From IMG/VR virus record IMGVR_UViG_3300027804_000068, positions 2,752 to 66,751 of that record: a stretch of DNA of 64,000 nucleotides. The stretch is one strand, 5' to 3'. The notes beneath the pieces were generated by a model. It was given only the letters and a program-made list of their open reading frames with translations, made no database searches and had not been told where the DNA came from. A program made the position numbers and the translations under genes. Origin of the DNA: a virus (lineage: Duplodnaviria; Caudoviricetes). Positions 8,714 through 16,928 of the stretch are shown piece after piece. Position 1 is the first letter of the stretch; the number at the start of each line of letters is the position of its first letter.

Positions 8714-8744
8714 AGTTTTGTAGCGTGATGATATATTTATTTTA

Positions 8745-8951
8745 TCATTCACTCAAAGAGGAACCTCTCCAGTTTTTTGGAGGAGGAGGATCACACTTAC
8801 CTTCAAGTGAACGAACCATTAATTCAGCAAACTTTTCCATTTTTTCTGCAGAAACTGTTTGTGGAGCATAACTAATTGCCTCTTTGAGAGCAACAAGTTC
8901 ATCCCATTCTTCTTTTGTAAGAACTTCAGTGCCAGTTTTTGCGAGAGTCAT
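8745..8951 (-). CDS. hypothetical protein
   Basis: ORF track. Confidence 0.75.
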   Translation of the reverse strand: MTLAKTGTEVLTKEEWDELVALKEAISYAPQTVSAEKMEKFAELMVRSLEGKCDPPPPKNWRGSSLSE

Positions 8952-9035
8952 AAGTTTCTTGCGGTGTTTCTCAATATTAGCATTTCAATACAATACTATC
9001 TAGAAACTTAATGTTTTCTTTGGGATCATGACACA

Positions 9036-9392
9036 TTACTTAATAAAATTATCAAGTGCATCAAGATCAGACTTGAGTTCTTTTTCTCTTTTTTGGTCGT
9101 GATAATAAGACCACAGAGCATTATGAACGTCCATCAGGTGATCTACCCAGAAACCAGTAGGATAAATTCCAAGTGCATCTTGAAGACCACGATGACTAGT
9201 TCCTTTCTCTTCTGCCTTACACATAATATAACAGATTGCCTGAACCATATCCAGTTTGTCTTCTTCAGAAAGCATAAAATACTTTCCTACTGCCCTTTGC
9301 TTTGCTTCTTCAGTTTCTTTCTGAAGTTGTTTGCAAGCATCAGAATCCCACCACTCTTGTAGTGCTTTACCAAAATCGTTAGGTTCAGTCAT
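9036..9392 (-). CDS. hypothetical protein
   Basis: ORF track (9506 start); MTEPND start at 9392 overlaps the upstream stop. Confidence 0.75.
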   Translation of the reverse strand: MTEPNDFGKALQEWWDSDACKQLQKETEEAKQRAVGKYFMLSEEDKLDMVQAICYIMCKAEEKGTSHRGLQDALGIYPTGFWVDHLMDVHNALWSYYHDQKREKELKSDLDALDNFIK

Positions 9393-9615
9393 CTTTTCCA
9401 AAGATAGTTCCAAAGAAACCAGAATCTCCTGGTCTGCGATCTTCCAGTTTATCCAGGATAGAATCGGTGCTTTGCATAGATTCAATACGACTGATAAGGT
9501 CTGCAATTACACTGCAAACCATTGGACGTTCTTGACGAGCAGCGTATGCTAGTGCATTACGAAGTGCTGCTTCTGCTTCATCCAGCGACTCTTTAACAGA
9601 TTGCGATAGTGCCAT
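9385..9615 (-). CDS. hypothetical protein
   Basis: ORF track. Confidence 0.75.
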   Translation of the reverse strand: MALSQSVKESLDEAEAALRNALAYAARQERPMVCSVIADLISRIESMQSTDSILDKLEDRRPGDSGFFGTIFGKDD

Positions 9616-9851
9616 TACTTAACCTCACTTTTAAACAAATTATGATAATAAAGAATATCTGGATTCTCTAAATCTTTACAACGGGGATAATAAATACCGT
9701 CTTTATAACAAGCATCTTTTGGATCTTGTTTATCATATTTTAGCACAACATCAGGCGGTTGTCTAAAATTGCAGAGTTCTCCTTGTTTTGTCATAAAGTT
9801 TTCAAAACAAAGTCCTGCAACAAAAGGAGCAAGAAATTGAAGCGTATACAT
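9615..9851 (-). CDS. hypothetical protein
   Basis: ORF track. Confidence 0.65.
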   Translation of the reverse strand: MYTLQFLAPFVAGLCFENFMTKQGELCNFRQPPDVVLKYDKQDPKDACYKDGIYYPRCKDLENPDILYYHNLFKSEVK

Positions 9852-10447
9852 TACTTAAATCTAAACCTTTCAACGTGTTTTTTCAAAAGATAAGATCCAT
9901 CACCTTGATCCACCCACTCAATAAGATCACCTTCTTTGAGATTTGCTACTTCTAGAAGATCATCGGGAAAAGATACAAAATATTCAGTTTCGTCTGTGTC
10001 TGCATCTTTGCATTCTTCAACAGGAAGAACCCACTTCTTTACCTTATCTTGTTTTACTTCTGGTGTCCATTCATATCCACCTGCTTTACGAATTTCTTCA
10101 ACTTCTTTCTGAAGATCAACACTATTGGTAGTAGAATTTGCATGTTCTTCTGGATAGTAATGTTCTTCCCAGAAATCATTCCATGCCTCTTGACACTCTA
10201 CAGATTTATCGTCTTTATCACATTGAAGAATTGAAGTATCTTTTACAGGACGATGACCGCTCATAAGTTCAAGCAGTCCCAATGCACGATTAGAGTGATC
10301 TTTATAGTATTGATAATCTTCCTGCACCGCTTCACGAATGGCAGAATAAATTTCGTGAGGTGATGCTTCTCCACAACTTAAAGCATCGTGAACCCACTCT
10401 TGGAGTTTTTCAAGTGAATACTTTTTATAATCAAAGTCAGAGGTCAT
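9851..10447 (-). CDS. protein with C-terminal AbrB/MazE/SpoVT-like domain
   Basis: YFVSFPDDLLEVANLKEGDLIEWVDQGDGSYLLKK matches the swapped-hairpin pattern. Confidence 0.65.
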   Translation of the reverse strand: MTSDFDYKKYSLEKLQEWVHDALSCGEASPHEIYSAIREAVQEDYQYYKDHSNRALGLLELMSGHRPVKDTSILQCDKDDKSVECQEAWNDFWEEHYYPEEHANSTTNSVDLQKEVEEIRKAGGYEWTPEVKQDKVKKWVLPVEECKDADTDETEYFVSFPDDLLEVANLKEGDLIEWVDQGDGSYLLKKHVERFRFK

Positions 10448-10607
10448 TGAGATAATCCTTGATTGCTTGTTCCATAATAACCTGAATCTCTTTGGAAGTC
10501 AACCCATTCAACCACTTCCAATTTGGATCTTCTGGATCCCAATCCATTGAAAAAGACCCGTCCTCGTTCTGTGATATCTTAAGAGTATCGTTATTGTTCT
10601 TTTCCAT
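10437..10607 (-). CDS. hypothetical protein, 56 aa
   Basis: manual translation MEKNNNDTLKISQNEDGSFSMDWDP... Confidence 0.65.
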   Translation of the reverse strand: MEKNNNDTLKISQNEDGSFSMDWDPEDPNWKWLNGLTSKEIQVIMEQAIKDYLNDL

Positions 10608-10764
10608 ACTGTTTTTTTGCTTTTTTCAACTCTTTCAATTCTGCTTTAATTTCTTTATATGCAGAATCCGCATCAATTTTATCACCCATTTCAAGAGCAA
10701 CAATAATATCTACTCGGGTTCCAAAATGTGCGAGTGCTTTTTCAAAATTGTCTAATTCATACAT
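10591..10764 (-). CDS. hypothetical protein
   Basis: ORF track (10791 start); MYELDNFE start preferred. Confidence 0.7.
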   Translation of the reverse strand: MYELDNFEKALAHFGTRVDIIVALEMGDKIDADSAYKEIKAELKELKKAKKQYGKEQ

Positions 10765-10978
10765 CGTAATTAATCCTACAACGTTCGGCAAGAATATCTA
10801 TACGAGCATCAAGAGAATTCTCAAGACGATAAAGTTCATTAGTCAGTTCTACATTTTCTTCTTCCAACTTTCTAACTTTATCCTCAAGTTCAACCAGACG
10901 ATCATAAACATCATCTATTGGAACTTCAGTTTTAAGACCCCACTTTTTGTGAAACCAATAAGGATCGGTCATAATCAT
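10757..10978 (-). CDS. hypothetical coiled-coil protein
   Basis: ORF track; heptad-like helix. Confidence 0.7.
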   Translation of the reverse strand: MIMTDPYWFHKKWGLKTEVPIDDVYDRLVELEDKVRKLEEENVELTNELYRLENSLDARIDILAERCRINYDV

Positions 10979-11139
10979 AATACACCCACCTCTTTCAAAT
11001 AATTTCTGTACCGCATAAAACGATTCCAGTTTGGTTGTCCTTTAACATTTAACTGATGGCAGATTTCACAATAACATAACCACTCATACCAAGGAGTTGT
11101 AGGATCTAATACGTGATAAGGATAATCAGAGTTTTCCAC
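10975..11139 (-). CDS. hypothetical protein, 54 aa (GTG start)
   Basis: manual translation ...YPYHVLDPTTPWYEWLCYCEICHQL... Confidence 0.55.
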   Translation of the reverse strand: MENSDYPYHVLDPTTPWYEWLCYCEICHQLNVKGQPNWNRFMRYRNYLKEVGVL

Positions 11140-11332
11140 CTACTTCTGACTCATAAGTTTTGGATTCAGCGAAACCTTCCTGCCGTCCTTTAAGGTAAAA
11201 ACGGGTTGCTGATACACACGACTCTTCAGTGAGAGATGTGATAAGTCCGTTACCATCCTTGTCAGTCGAATACCAGAGTCCATACTTTTTTTGATCAACA
11301 TAGAAGGCATCATCAATTAGTTTCTTTTCCAT
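11126..11332 (-). CDS. hypothetical protein
   Basis: ORF track. Confidence 0.75.
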   Translation of the reverse strand: MEKKLIDDAFYVDQKKYGLWYSTDKDGNGLITSLTEESCVSATRFYLKGRQEGFAESKTYESEVGGKL

Positions 11333-11471
11333 TTTTTAAATCAGGATGAGGAGCGTAAAGTGGACCTTGATAGTTTCCTGCGTGAAAGTTTTTAAGTGCT
11401 TCAGCAACTTCGGGAGTTTCTTCCCAGTTCCACTCATTTCCGTTCTTATCGGTAAAAGTTCTTAAGGTCAT
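11313..11471 (-). CDS. hypothetical protein, 52 aa
   Basis: manual translation MTLRTFTDKNGNEWNWEETPE... Confidence 0.6.
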   Translation of the reverse strand: MTLRTFTDKNGNEWNWEETPEVAEALKNFHAGNYQGPLYAPHPDLKNGKETN

Positions 11472-11472
11472 T

Positions 11473-11646
11473 TTATTCCTCAAATTTATAACTTAGTTTG
11501 ATGTCTTTCTTTTTTAGTTTGTAGCGATCAATATGCTTTTTACGGTGGTCTTCGGATTGAAAATAGCACTTACGGGTTTCATTTCCATCTTTGTAAACCA
11601 ACTTCCAGGGAAACTGGTCAAAGGGAAATTCTTCGGTGTAGTCCAT
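11473..11646 (-). CDS. hypothetical protein, 57 aa
   Basis: manual translation MDYTEEFPFDQFPWKLVYK... Confidence 0.65.
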   Translation of the reverse strand: MDYTEEFPFDQFPWKLVYKDGNETRKCYFQSEDHRKKHIDRYKLKKKDIKLSYKFEE

Positions 11647-11807
11647 CAGGTAGGTTGCTCAACACGTTGAGTATACACGGAATCAAACAGTTCGTCAAGT
11701 ACCTCACTGCAGGTATTATACTCCTTACTGTTCAGCACGGTCTTATCATATTGATAACGACGCACGGCAGTATAGATGAGTTTATATTGTTCGGGGGTAA
11801 AGTTCAT
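11646..11807 (-). CDS. hypothetical protein, 53 aa
   Basis: manual translation MNFTPEQYKLIYTAVRRYQ... Confidence 0.65.
   Translation of the reverse strand: MNFTPEQYKLIYTAVRRYQYDKTVLNSKEYNTCSEVLDELFDSVYTQRVEQPT
11670..11698 (-). promoter_or_regulatory. sigma70-type promoter
   Basis: TTGACG-N17-TATACT. Confidence 0.7.
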
Positions 11808-11992
11808 TAGTCGTAAAGATTTTGCTCCTGTTGTATTCTATCTAGGTAGTGGTAGATTGTTGCTCTTGAGTACTCAAACTCCTCAAATCGTTGTGGTTTT
11901 TTCTTTTCCATCTTGGTGAGCATATTCACCCAGTCATAATGACTATTCACTACCCATCCATAATGATGGTCCTCACATAACAACTTAAACAT
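11807..11992 (-). CDS. hypothetical protein
   Basis: ORF track. Confidence 0.7.
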   Translation of the reverse strand: MFKLLCEDHHYGWVVNSHYDWVNMLTKMEKKKPQRFEEFEYSRATIYHYLDRIQQEQNLYD

Positions 11993-12183
11993 TATTTGAA
12001 CCCCTTGCTTTTCTTCTTGTCTAATACTTCAATATGACTCAAAAAGTGCCCACCATTTTGAAACCAAGTCAGTTGGACATCTTCATAGTTGTCGAAGATG
12101 ACCTCTTTACCATCTTCATAAACTAACTTATAATCGTGGCGATCATAAGGTTTATCACAAGTTTGTTTAAATGTTTGAGTCAT
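11992..12183 (-). CDS. hypothetical protein
   Basis: ORF track; ends in KGFK. Confidence 0.75.
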   Translation of the reverse strand: MTQTFKQTCDKPYDRHDYKLVYEDGKEVIFDNYEDVQLTWFQNGGHFLSHIEVLDKKKSKGFK

Positions 12184-12359
12184 TTTAAGTAGTGTGGTTT
12201 TTCTGTGTCAAACGTTGTCCACTTTGCTATTTTAAGGCACATCAGCAAAGTTTGGTGTTCACGGTTATACAATTCCCAGTCTTGTTTGAGTTTCGCAGCA
12301 TACCTACGACGATAGGCACAGCACCAGACGTTATAGAATATCTTGTCTTTTTCAGTCAT
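12180..12359 (-). CDS. hypothetical protein, 59 aa
   Basis: manual translation MTEKDKIFYNVWCCAYRRR...; ATGA overlaps at both ends. Confidence 0.65.
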   Translation of the reverse strand: MTEKDKIFYNVWCCAYRRRYAAKLKQDWELYNREHQTLLMCLKIAKWTTFDTEKPHYLK

Positions 12360-12598
12360 TTTGGACAGTGTAAAAAGTATTTGTACTCTGCTGCTTGATG
12401 TGGTGCATATCTTACCACATCACACTCTTTATACTTATCAACTACCTCAAATGATGGTTCCAATGGTTTGCCGCCAGATGCAAAATGTGCTAGCATAATC
12501 TTAATAATAATGAATACAACAGAGGCACCAGCAAATACACCAACTCCACGGAGCAACTCTTTGTGAGCATACTTGTCTTCAGGAGTCATCATTATCAT
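12356..12598 (-). CDS. small membrane-anchored protein
   Basis: ORF track; one TM segment, two Cys. Confidence 0.7.
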   Translation of the reverse strand: MIMMTPEDKYAHKELLRGVGVFAGASVVFIIIKIMLAHFASGGKPLEPSFEVVDKYKECDVVRYAPHQAAEYKYFLHCPK

Positions 12599-12935
12599 CC
12601 CAAGGGGCTTTACGATTCATAAGTTCTTTAATTCTTTCCACCACAGCAGGGTCTGGTGGTTCATTGATTCGTCGCACAAGTTCATCATATGCTTCTGCGG
12701 ATACAATAATCCTTTCTGGTTCTTGTCCTAATCTCAACCTACGTTCTGGACTGATAGTTAGATTGTAAGGGTCATCATAAGGGTAGATATACTCCTGAAA
12801 CCAACCAATACTCAAACTCTCCCAGAACTCACCATAACCCCATTCATCACCGTCATCATAACAGTCAAGAATATACAGGACATTACGGAAACCATCAAGG
12901 AAAAGTTCCCATTTTGTTGGGTTTTCAAATCTCAC
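12579..12935 (-). CDS. hypothetical protein with DUF1778 (TacA/AtaR antitoxin)-like C-terminal tail
   Basis: ERIIVSAEAYDELVRRINEPPDP...LMNRKAPW. Confidence 0.55.
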   Translation of the reverse strand: MRFENPTKWELFLDGFRNVLYILDCYDDGDEWGYGEFWESLSIGWFQEYIYPYDDPYNLTISPERRLRLGQEPERIIVSAEAYDELVRRINEPPDPAVVERIKELMNRKAPWDDNDDS

Positions 12936-13126
12936 GGCGTTTCGTCACTCCAGTAATAATTTAGTTTATCACCATTTGCGTGAATATTCAAGTGGTAAAT
13001 CTTTTTGTCTTGTGTGTAAATGCCCACCCACAGGCTCCGTTCGTTCATACTTTCCAGGTGAAACATCTCCACCTCTTCCAGCACGATTTCATCTGGGTTT
13101 TCTTCCCACTTTACTAGTTTAGTCAT
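12932..13126 (-). CDS. hypothetical protein
   Basis: ORF track. Confidence 0.7.
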   Translation of the reverse strand: MTKLVKWEENPDEIVLEEVEMFHLESMNERSLWVGIYTQDKKIYHLNIHANGDKLNYYWSDETP

Positions 13127-13502
13127 CTCTCAAACTATCCAACACTTGAAGAATAAAAGCAATCGAGTTAGCATACTCTCGTCCATCTTGCCCACCCATC
13201 ACAATGTAAGCAATCTCTTTTTCGGCAAGTTCAATTCTCTCATTTCTGGTGAGTTCTTGTAGTGTAGGACGATACCAATTACCATCAGCATCTTGTTTGA
13301 AACCAGCATTTAGTTTCTCACGACGCTCTGCCTCATCAAACATCTCATCGGGGTATGGTTCTTGATTTCTCATAAGTTCTCGGATTTTGTCTTTGCCGTA
13401 TTCAGTAAGTTCGTGTTTTTTGTTGCGGAGTTCTTCTACTTCTTGTGGTGTGAGATTTAACCACGGAGCATCATCAGGTTCTGGTAGATTGTGTTCAGTC
13501 AT
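13119..13502 (-). CDS. hypothetical protein
   Basis: ORF track. Confidence 0.7.
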   Translation of the reverse strand: MTEHNLPEPDDAPWLNLTPQEVEELRNKKHELTEYGKDKIRELMRNQEPYPDEMFDEAERREKLNAGFKQDADGNWYRPTLQELTRNERIELAEKEIAYIVMGGQDGREYANSIAFILQVLDSLRDD

Positions 13503-13683
13503 TCTTCTTATAAAACTCTATTTTAAGTTGAGTAATGAGTAAATCAACTTTATCTTCAATACGAGTAAGTCGTTCCTCAATCGTATCTATACGATACTCA
13601 TCAATTGCTTGTTTTTTAAGTGAATACGGGTCAATCGTTGCCATAGTTCCTTGTAGTGAATTGAGTAGTTGTTCGTCAGTCAT
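13495..13683 (-). CDS. hypothetical protein
   Basis: ORF track (13716 start); MTDEQ start overlaps the upstream stop. Confidence 0.65.
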   Translation of the reverse strand: MTDEQLLNSLQGTMATIDPYSLKKQAIDEYRIDTIEERLTRIEDKVDLLITQLKIEFYKKND

Positions 13684-13865
13684 AAGTCCAAAGGTTGTTG
13701 AGGGTCTCTTTTCCAAGTTTCCTTATAAGTAATCCACCGTTCCACACCAATTTCTTGTTGAGCAACCCAGTGTATTCCATTCTCATCAATCGCATCAAGA
13801 TAATGAATACCTGTCTTGGGGCAGATGACTCTGGATACTTGTGTGAATTTTAGTTTGTTAGTCAT
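13680..13865 (-). CDS. hypothetical protein
   Basis: ORF track. Confidence 0.7.
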   Translation of the reverse strand: MTNKLKFTQVSRVICPKTGIHYLDAIDENGIHWVAQQEIGVERWITYKETWKRDPQQPLDL

Positions 13866-14113
13866 TTCAGTTCCTCTTCATCACCTTCCCAGTCAATCTC
13901 AACGGTTTCAAACTGTTCTACATTAGTGTAAGGCATAGGATTTGCAGGTCCTCCCATCTCATAATGGATTTTATCAAACAATTCTCCAAGCACTAAACTC
14001 TCAAATCCTTCTTGGTCTGGATAATCCTCCCAGTCCTCAAACATTTCAGTTGTGGGAGAAACCGTGAGAGTTCGGGTGTAAGATACTGTGATTGCTTTGA
14101 GTGGAATACGCAT
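13862..14113 (-). CDS. hypothetical acidic protein
   Basis: ORF track; first gene after a promoter motif. Confidence 0.7.
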   Translation of the reverse strand: MRIPLKAITVSYTRTLTVSPTTEMFEDWEDYPDQEGFESLVLGELFDKIHYEMGGPANPMPYTNVEQFETVEIDWEGDEEELK

Positions 14114-14135
14114 TCGTTTGGTTGCTTATGAAGTC

Positions 14136-14193
14136 ATTATAGGGCAAAAAGGGGTCTTGTGGAGACCCCCTGTGCCAGTTTAAAGATTGTCCT
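14136..14193 (-). promoter_or_regulatory. early-type promoter
   Basis: TATAAT 14136-14141; GGGGTCT-tgtgg-AGACCCC hairpin; GTGCCAGTT-N4-GATTGTCCT. Confidence 0.75.
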
Positions 14194-14434
14194 CTTCAAT
14201 CCTTTCAATCTCAAAGATTTCATTTAGAAACTCCAAACCATACTTACCCACAACCCAAGCATCTTTATCCTCAAAGAACCGATCACCCACAGTTTCCATA
14301 TCATATCCTTCTGTGTTTTTATTGAAGAAAGCAACGACATAGCAACTATCACCAGAGTCGTGAGTATACCACTTGACGAGTTCATACTTGTTGTTGACTT
14401 TACTCCAACGAAACTCTATGTTACGAAACCTCAT
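14180..14434 (-). CDS. hypothetical protein
   Basis: ORF track (14461 start); MRFRNIE start preferred. Confidence 0.7.
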   Translation of the reverse strand: MRFRNIEFRWSKVNNKYELVKWYTHDSGDSCYVVAFFNKNTEGYDMETVGDRFFEDKDAWVVGKYGLEFLNEIFEIERIEEDNL

Positions 14435-14606
14435 TGCTCTCCTCAAAATCAAACCATTCATACAAAGAATTCATCGCACCCTCAACCACACAATCAACCA
14501 CAGCATCTTCATGCGGATTTTCTACATGCTTGTGAGCACGATTATAACCATAACGGACACCTTCTTCAAGTGCCATCTCTAATACTTTGCGAAAGTTAGG
14601 TTTCAT
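14421..14606 (-). CDS. hypothetical protein, copy 1 of a duplicated gene
   Basis: first 55 aa identical to 16491..16673. Confidence 0.8.
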   Translation of the reverse strand: MKPNFRKVLEMALEEGVRYGYNRAHKHVENPHEDAVVDCVVEGAMNSLYEWFDFEESNEVS

Positions 14607-14830
14607 TCAAGCACCTCCCAGTGTGCGTCAGATTTGTCACCGAAGCGATTGCTACCAGTTCGTGTGCTAACCCAGAAGAAGTATTTGCGGTTTTCTGATG
14701 CCAAGAATAACTCACCACCAGTGTCCTGCTCTACAATACAGACAGGGTTATTGTCCATAATGTTTGCTAATCTATTCTTGGATTTGCTGCTTTTGGGTCT
14801 TACGGTTACTTTTCTCATTTTGGATCTCAA
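14603..14830 (-). CDS. hypothetical protein
   Basis: ORF track. Confidence 0.7.
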   Translation of the reverse strand: MRSKMRKVTVRPKSSKSKNRLANIMDNNPVCIVEQDTGGELFLASENRKYFFWVSTRTGSNRFGDKSDAHWEVLE

Positions 14831-15035
14831 GTTTCAGTTTGCGAATACCAGTAATAAAGTAAGCAAAGTCACGGGATTCAGTCACCCGTTTTTCTTCACC
14901 ACAGACACCACATTTACCATTCCAGACAGATGAACAACCTACAGAATATACCCCATAGGTTTGTCCACAATCCATACAGGTTGTGCCTGCCTGCTCAAGT
15001 CGTTTGAGTAGTGCCTTTTTCTCTTTGAGAGTCAT
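14772..15035 (-). CDS. small zinc-finger-like protein
   Basis: CMDC...CGVC. Confidence 0.65.
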   Translation of the reverse strand: MTLKEKKALLKRLEQAGTTCMDCGQTYGVYSVGCSSVWNGKCGVCGEEKRVTESRDFAYFITGIRKLKLEIQNEKSNRKTQKQQIQE

Positions 15036-15056
15036 AGGGGCGTTTCAGATATGAGT

Positions 15057-15114
15057 ATTATAGGGCATCAGGAGGCGTCTTCAACGTCTTCTGTGCCAGT
15101 TTCCAAAGTGTCAC
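15057..15114 (-). promoter_or_regulatory. early-type promoter
   Basis: TATAAT 15057-15062; GTGCCAGTT-N4-AAGTGTCAC. Confidence 0.75.
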
Positions 15115-15451
15115 GCACTTTATCCGTTACCTCATCCATAGAATATGTTTCTACCTTACCAAGTTCAATATCCTCCACCATTTGTAACAGATATTCCAGG
15201 AACTCTTTATCATAAACATCATCTTCATTCAGTGATGCCCAGAACCAATCTCTACATTCTTCTTCTGGATCTTCTACTGTTCTGGGGAGAGCATAGTTAT
15301 CATAGTTGGATGTCATAAGGTCAGCCCAGATGCGAAAAGTCATTCGCATACTCTGCCATCCTGTCATCCAACAATGACCAATCCAATACTCCCACCAGTT
15401 CAGAGTGGTTTTCATTTTTTCAGTCCCTTTGAGTGCTTTACTAAACATCAT
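15068..15451 (-). CDS. hypothetical Trp-rich protein
   Basis: ORF track. Confidence 0.75.
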   Translation of the reverse strand: MMFSKALKGTEKMKTTLNWWEYWIGHCWMTGWQSMRMTFRIWADLMTSNYDNYALPRTVEDPEEECRDWFWASLNEDDVYDKEFLEYLLQMVEDIELGKVETYSMDEVTDKVRDTLETGTEDVEDAS

Positions 15452-15487
15452 TATCCTACGTTAACAAAGACTTATAAGTTTGTCAAT

Positions 15488-16048
15488 CTATATTTCATTA
15501 AAAACAAAGTCCTTTCCTGTAAATTTTTTAGAGACAAAAAAGGTCAAAGTCATTCTACCATTTTCAATGGTATCACCAAACAAGTCTGATGGAGCGTGAA
15601 TATAATTGCCAGGATAACAAACTAATCTATTGTAGATGTTTTCTACTTTTATTATCTGATCTCCATTTAAAATAGAAGTACCAGTTCCTTCTGGAGGATT
15701 TTGATAAAGATAAACCACTCCAGCATATTCTGTTGTGTCAGAATGATACTTTCTATTTTCAAAATCTTTTAGTTCTTGTTTGGTTTTTTGATATGATATG
15801 TGAAAATATGTGGTTATTAAAAAATTTTTGATATTAAAGAATTCCTCAATACTATTGAGGATTTGTTTTTCACATTGAGTTAAAATAGGATCATTGAGAG
15901 TATCAAATTCTTTTGTTCTATTTCCTCTCCATCCAACTTCATGAGGTATATCTGTGGCACTATAATATTCGGAAAGTAAACCTTTATTTCTTATTTCCTC
16001 TACATTTTTTAAAAAATTATCTTGTATTAAGATATTCAATTTCAGCAC
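15488..16048 (-). CDS. 2OG-Fe(II) oxygenase-like protein
   Basis: YHSD...YAGVVYL...GT...YNRLVCYPGNYIHAP...RMTLTFF. Confidence 0.75.
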   Translation of the reverse strand: MLKLNILIQDNFLKNVEEIRNKGLLSEYYSATDIPHEVGWRGNRTKEFDTLNDPILTQCEKQILNSIEEFFNIKNFLITTYFHISYQKTKQELKDFENRKYHSDTTEYAGVVYLYQNPPEGTGTSILNGDQIIKVENIYNRLVCYPGNYIHAPSDLFGDTIENGRMTLTFFVSKKFTGKDFVFNEI

Positions 16049-16347
16049 TCATCCATTCCAAGATAATCAGCACCCTCTTCATCAAATTCCGTCAAATGAT
16101 CCCAGTTCCAAGTGCGTGAAAACAAATCAATATCAAAGCCAAACTTATATACCCAGAACAGAATTCCCAACAAACCATTACCACCAGATTGAATTTGAAT
16201 AAATGGCCAAGAAGGATATTCATTCCAACTCACAGATGTTTGAATGAGTGCCCAACGGTCTGTAAGTAGAAATTGAACATACCACTCATGTCCAAAGTCT
16301 TCACGATAACGCCATCTAGCAACTTGAAATAATTTAATTGGTTTCAT
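16042..16347 (-). CDS. hypothetical aromatic-rich protein
   Basis: ORF track. Confidence 0.7.
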   Translation of the reverse strand: MKPIKLFQVARWRYREDFGHEWYVQFLLTDRWALIQTSVSWNEYPSWPFIQIQSGGNGLLGILFWVYKFGFDIDLFSRTWNWDHLTEFDEEGADYLGMDEC

Positions 16348-16498
16348 TTAATACCTTCTCAATAGCGATTAAAGTTTCATATGGAATCCATGCAGGTTGC
16401 TCATTTCCAAATTGAACCTGAACCTCTCTAACTTTTTGGTCCAAGAATTTTGAATACGACACTCTAGTATTTTTTACATATGAGATAGGGTTATTCAT
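16334..16498 (-). CDS. hypothetical protein
   Basis: ORF track (16528 start); MNNPIS start preferred. Confidence 0.65.
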   Translation of the reverse strand: MNNPISYVKNTRVSYSKFLDQKVREVQVQFGNEQPAWIPYETLIAIEKVLNETN

Positions 16499-16673
16499 TG
16501 CATTTATCCTCAAAGTCAAACCATTCATACAGAGAGTTCATAGCACCCTCAACTACACAATCAACAACAGCATCTTCATGTGGATTCTCTACGTGTTTAT
16601 GAGCACGGTTGTATCCATAACGGACACCTTCTTCCAATGCCATTTCCAATACCTTACGGAAGTTGGGTTTCAT
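16491..16673 (-). CDS. hypothetical protein, copy 2 of a duplicated gene
   Basis: first 55 aa identical to 14421..14606. Confidence 0.8.
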   Translation of the reverse strand: MKPNFRKVLEMALEEGVRYGYNRAHKHVENPHEDAVVDCVVEGAMNSLYEWFDFEDKCNE

Positions 16674-16674
16674 A

Positions 16675-16878
16675 TCAATAAGGAAGAGATTTCAGACCAT
16701 CCAGAACTTCCTGAAAGCGTTCGGCACGACTCTTGTGGTGCTCTACATTCTCCTCAAGCACACTCACAATATCGTCCAGAACAACATCCAGAGACGCATC
16801 AGTATCAAAGTATTGTTGGATCGCTTCGGCAAGATACCGCCGCCGACTCCATTCCATACTATAAGGTTTGTAGTCCAT
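16675..16878 (-). CDS. hypothetical protein
   Basis: ORF track; follows a sigma70 promoter. Confidence 0.75.
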   Translation of the reverse strand: MDYKPYSMEWSRRRYLAEAIQQYFDTDASLDVVLDDIVSVLEENVEHHKSRAERFQEVLDGLKSLPY

Positions 16879-16899
16879 AATCAGAGTGTATATGCGGGT

Positions 16900-16928
16900 A
16901 TTATAAGAGTTTTTTCAGGTCTTGTCAA
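16900..16928 (-). promoter_or_regulatory. consensus sigma70 promoter
   Basis: TTGACA-N17-TATAAT. Confidence 0.85.
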
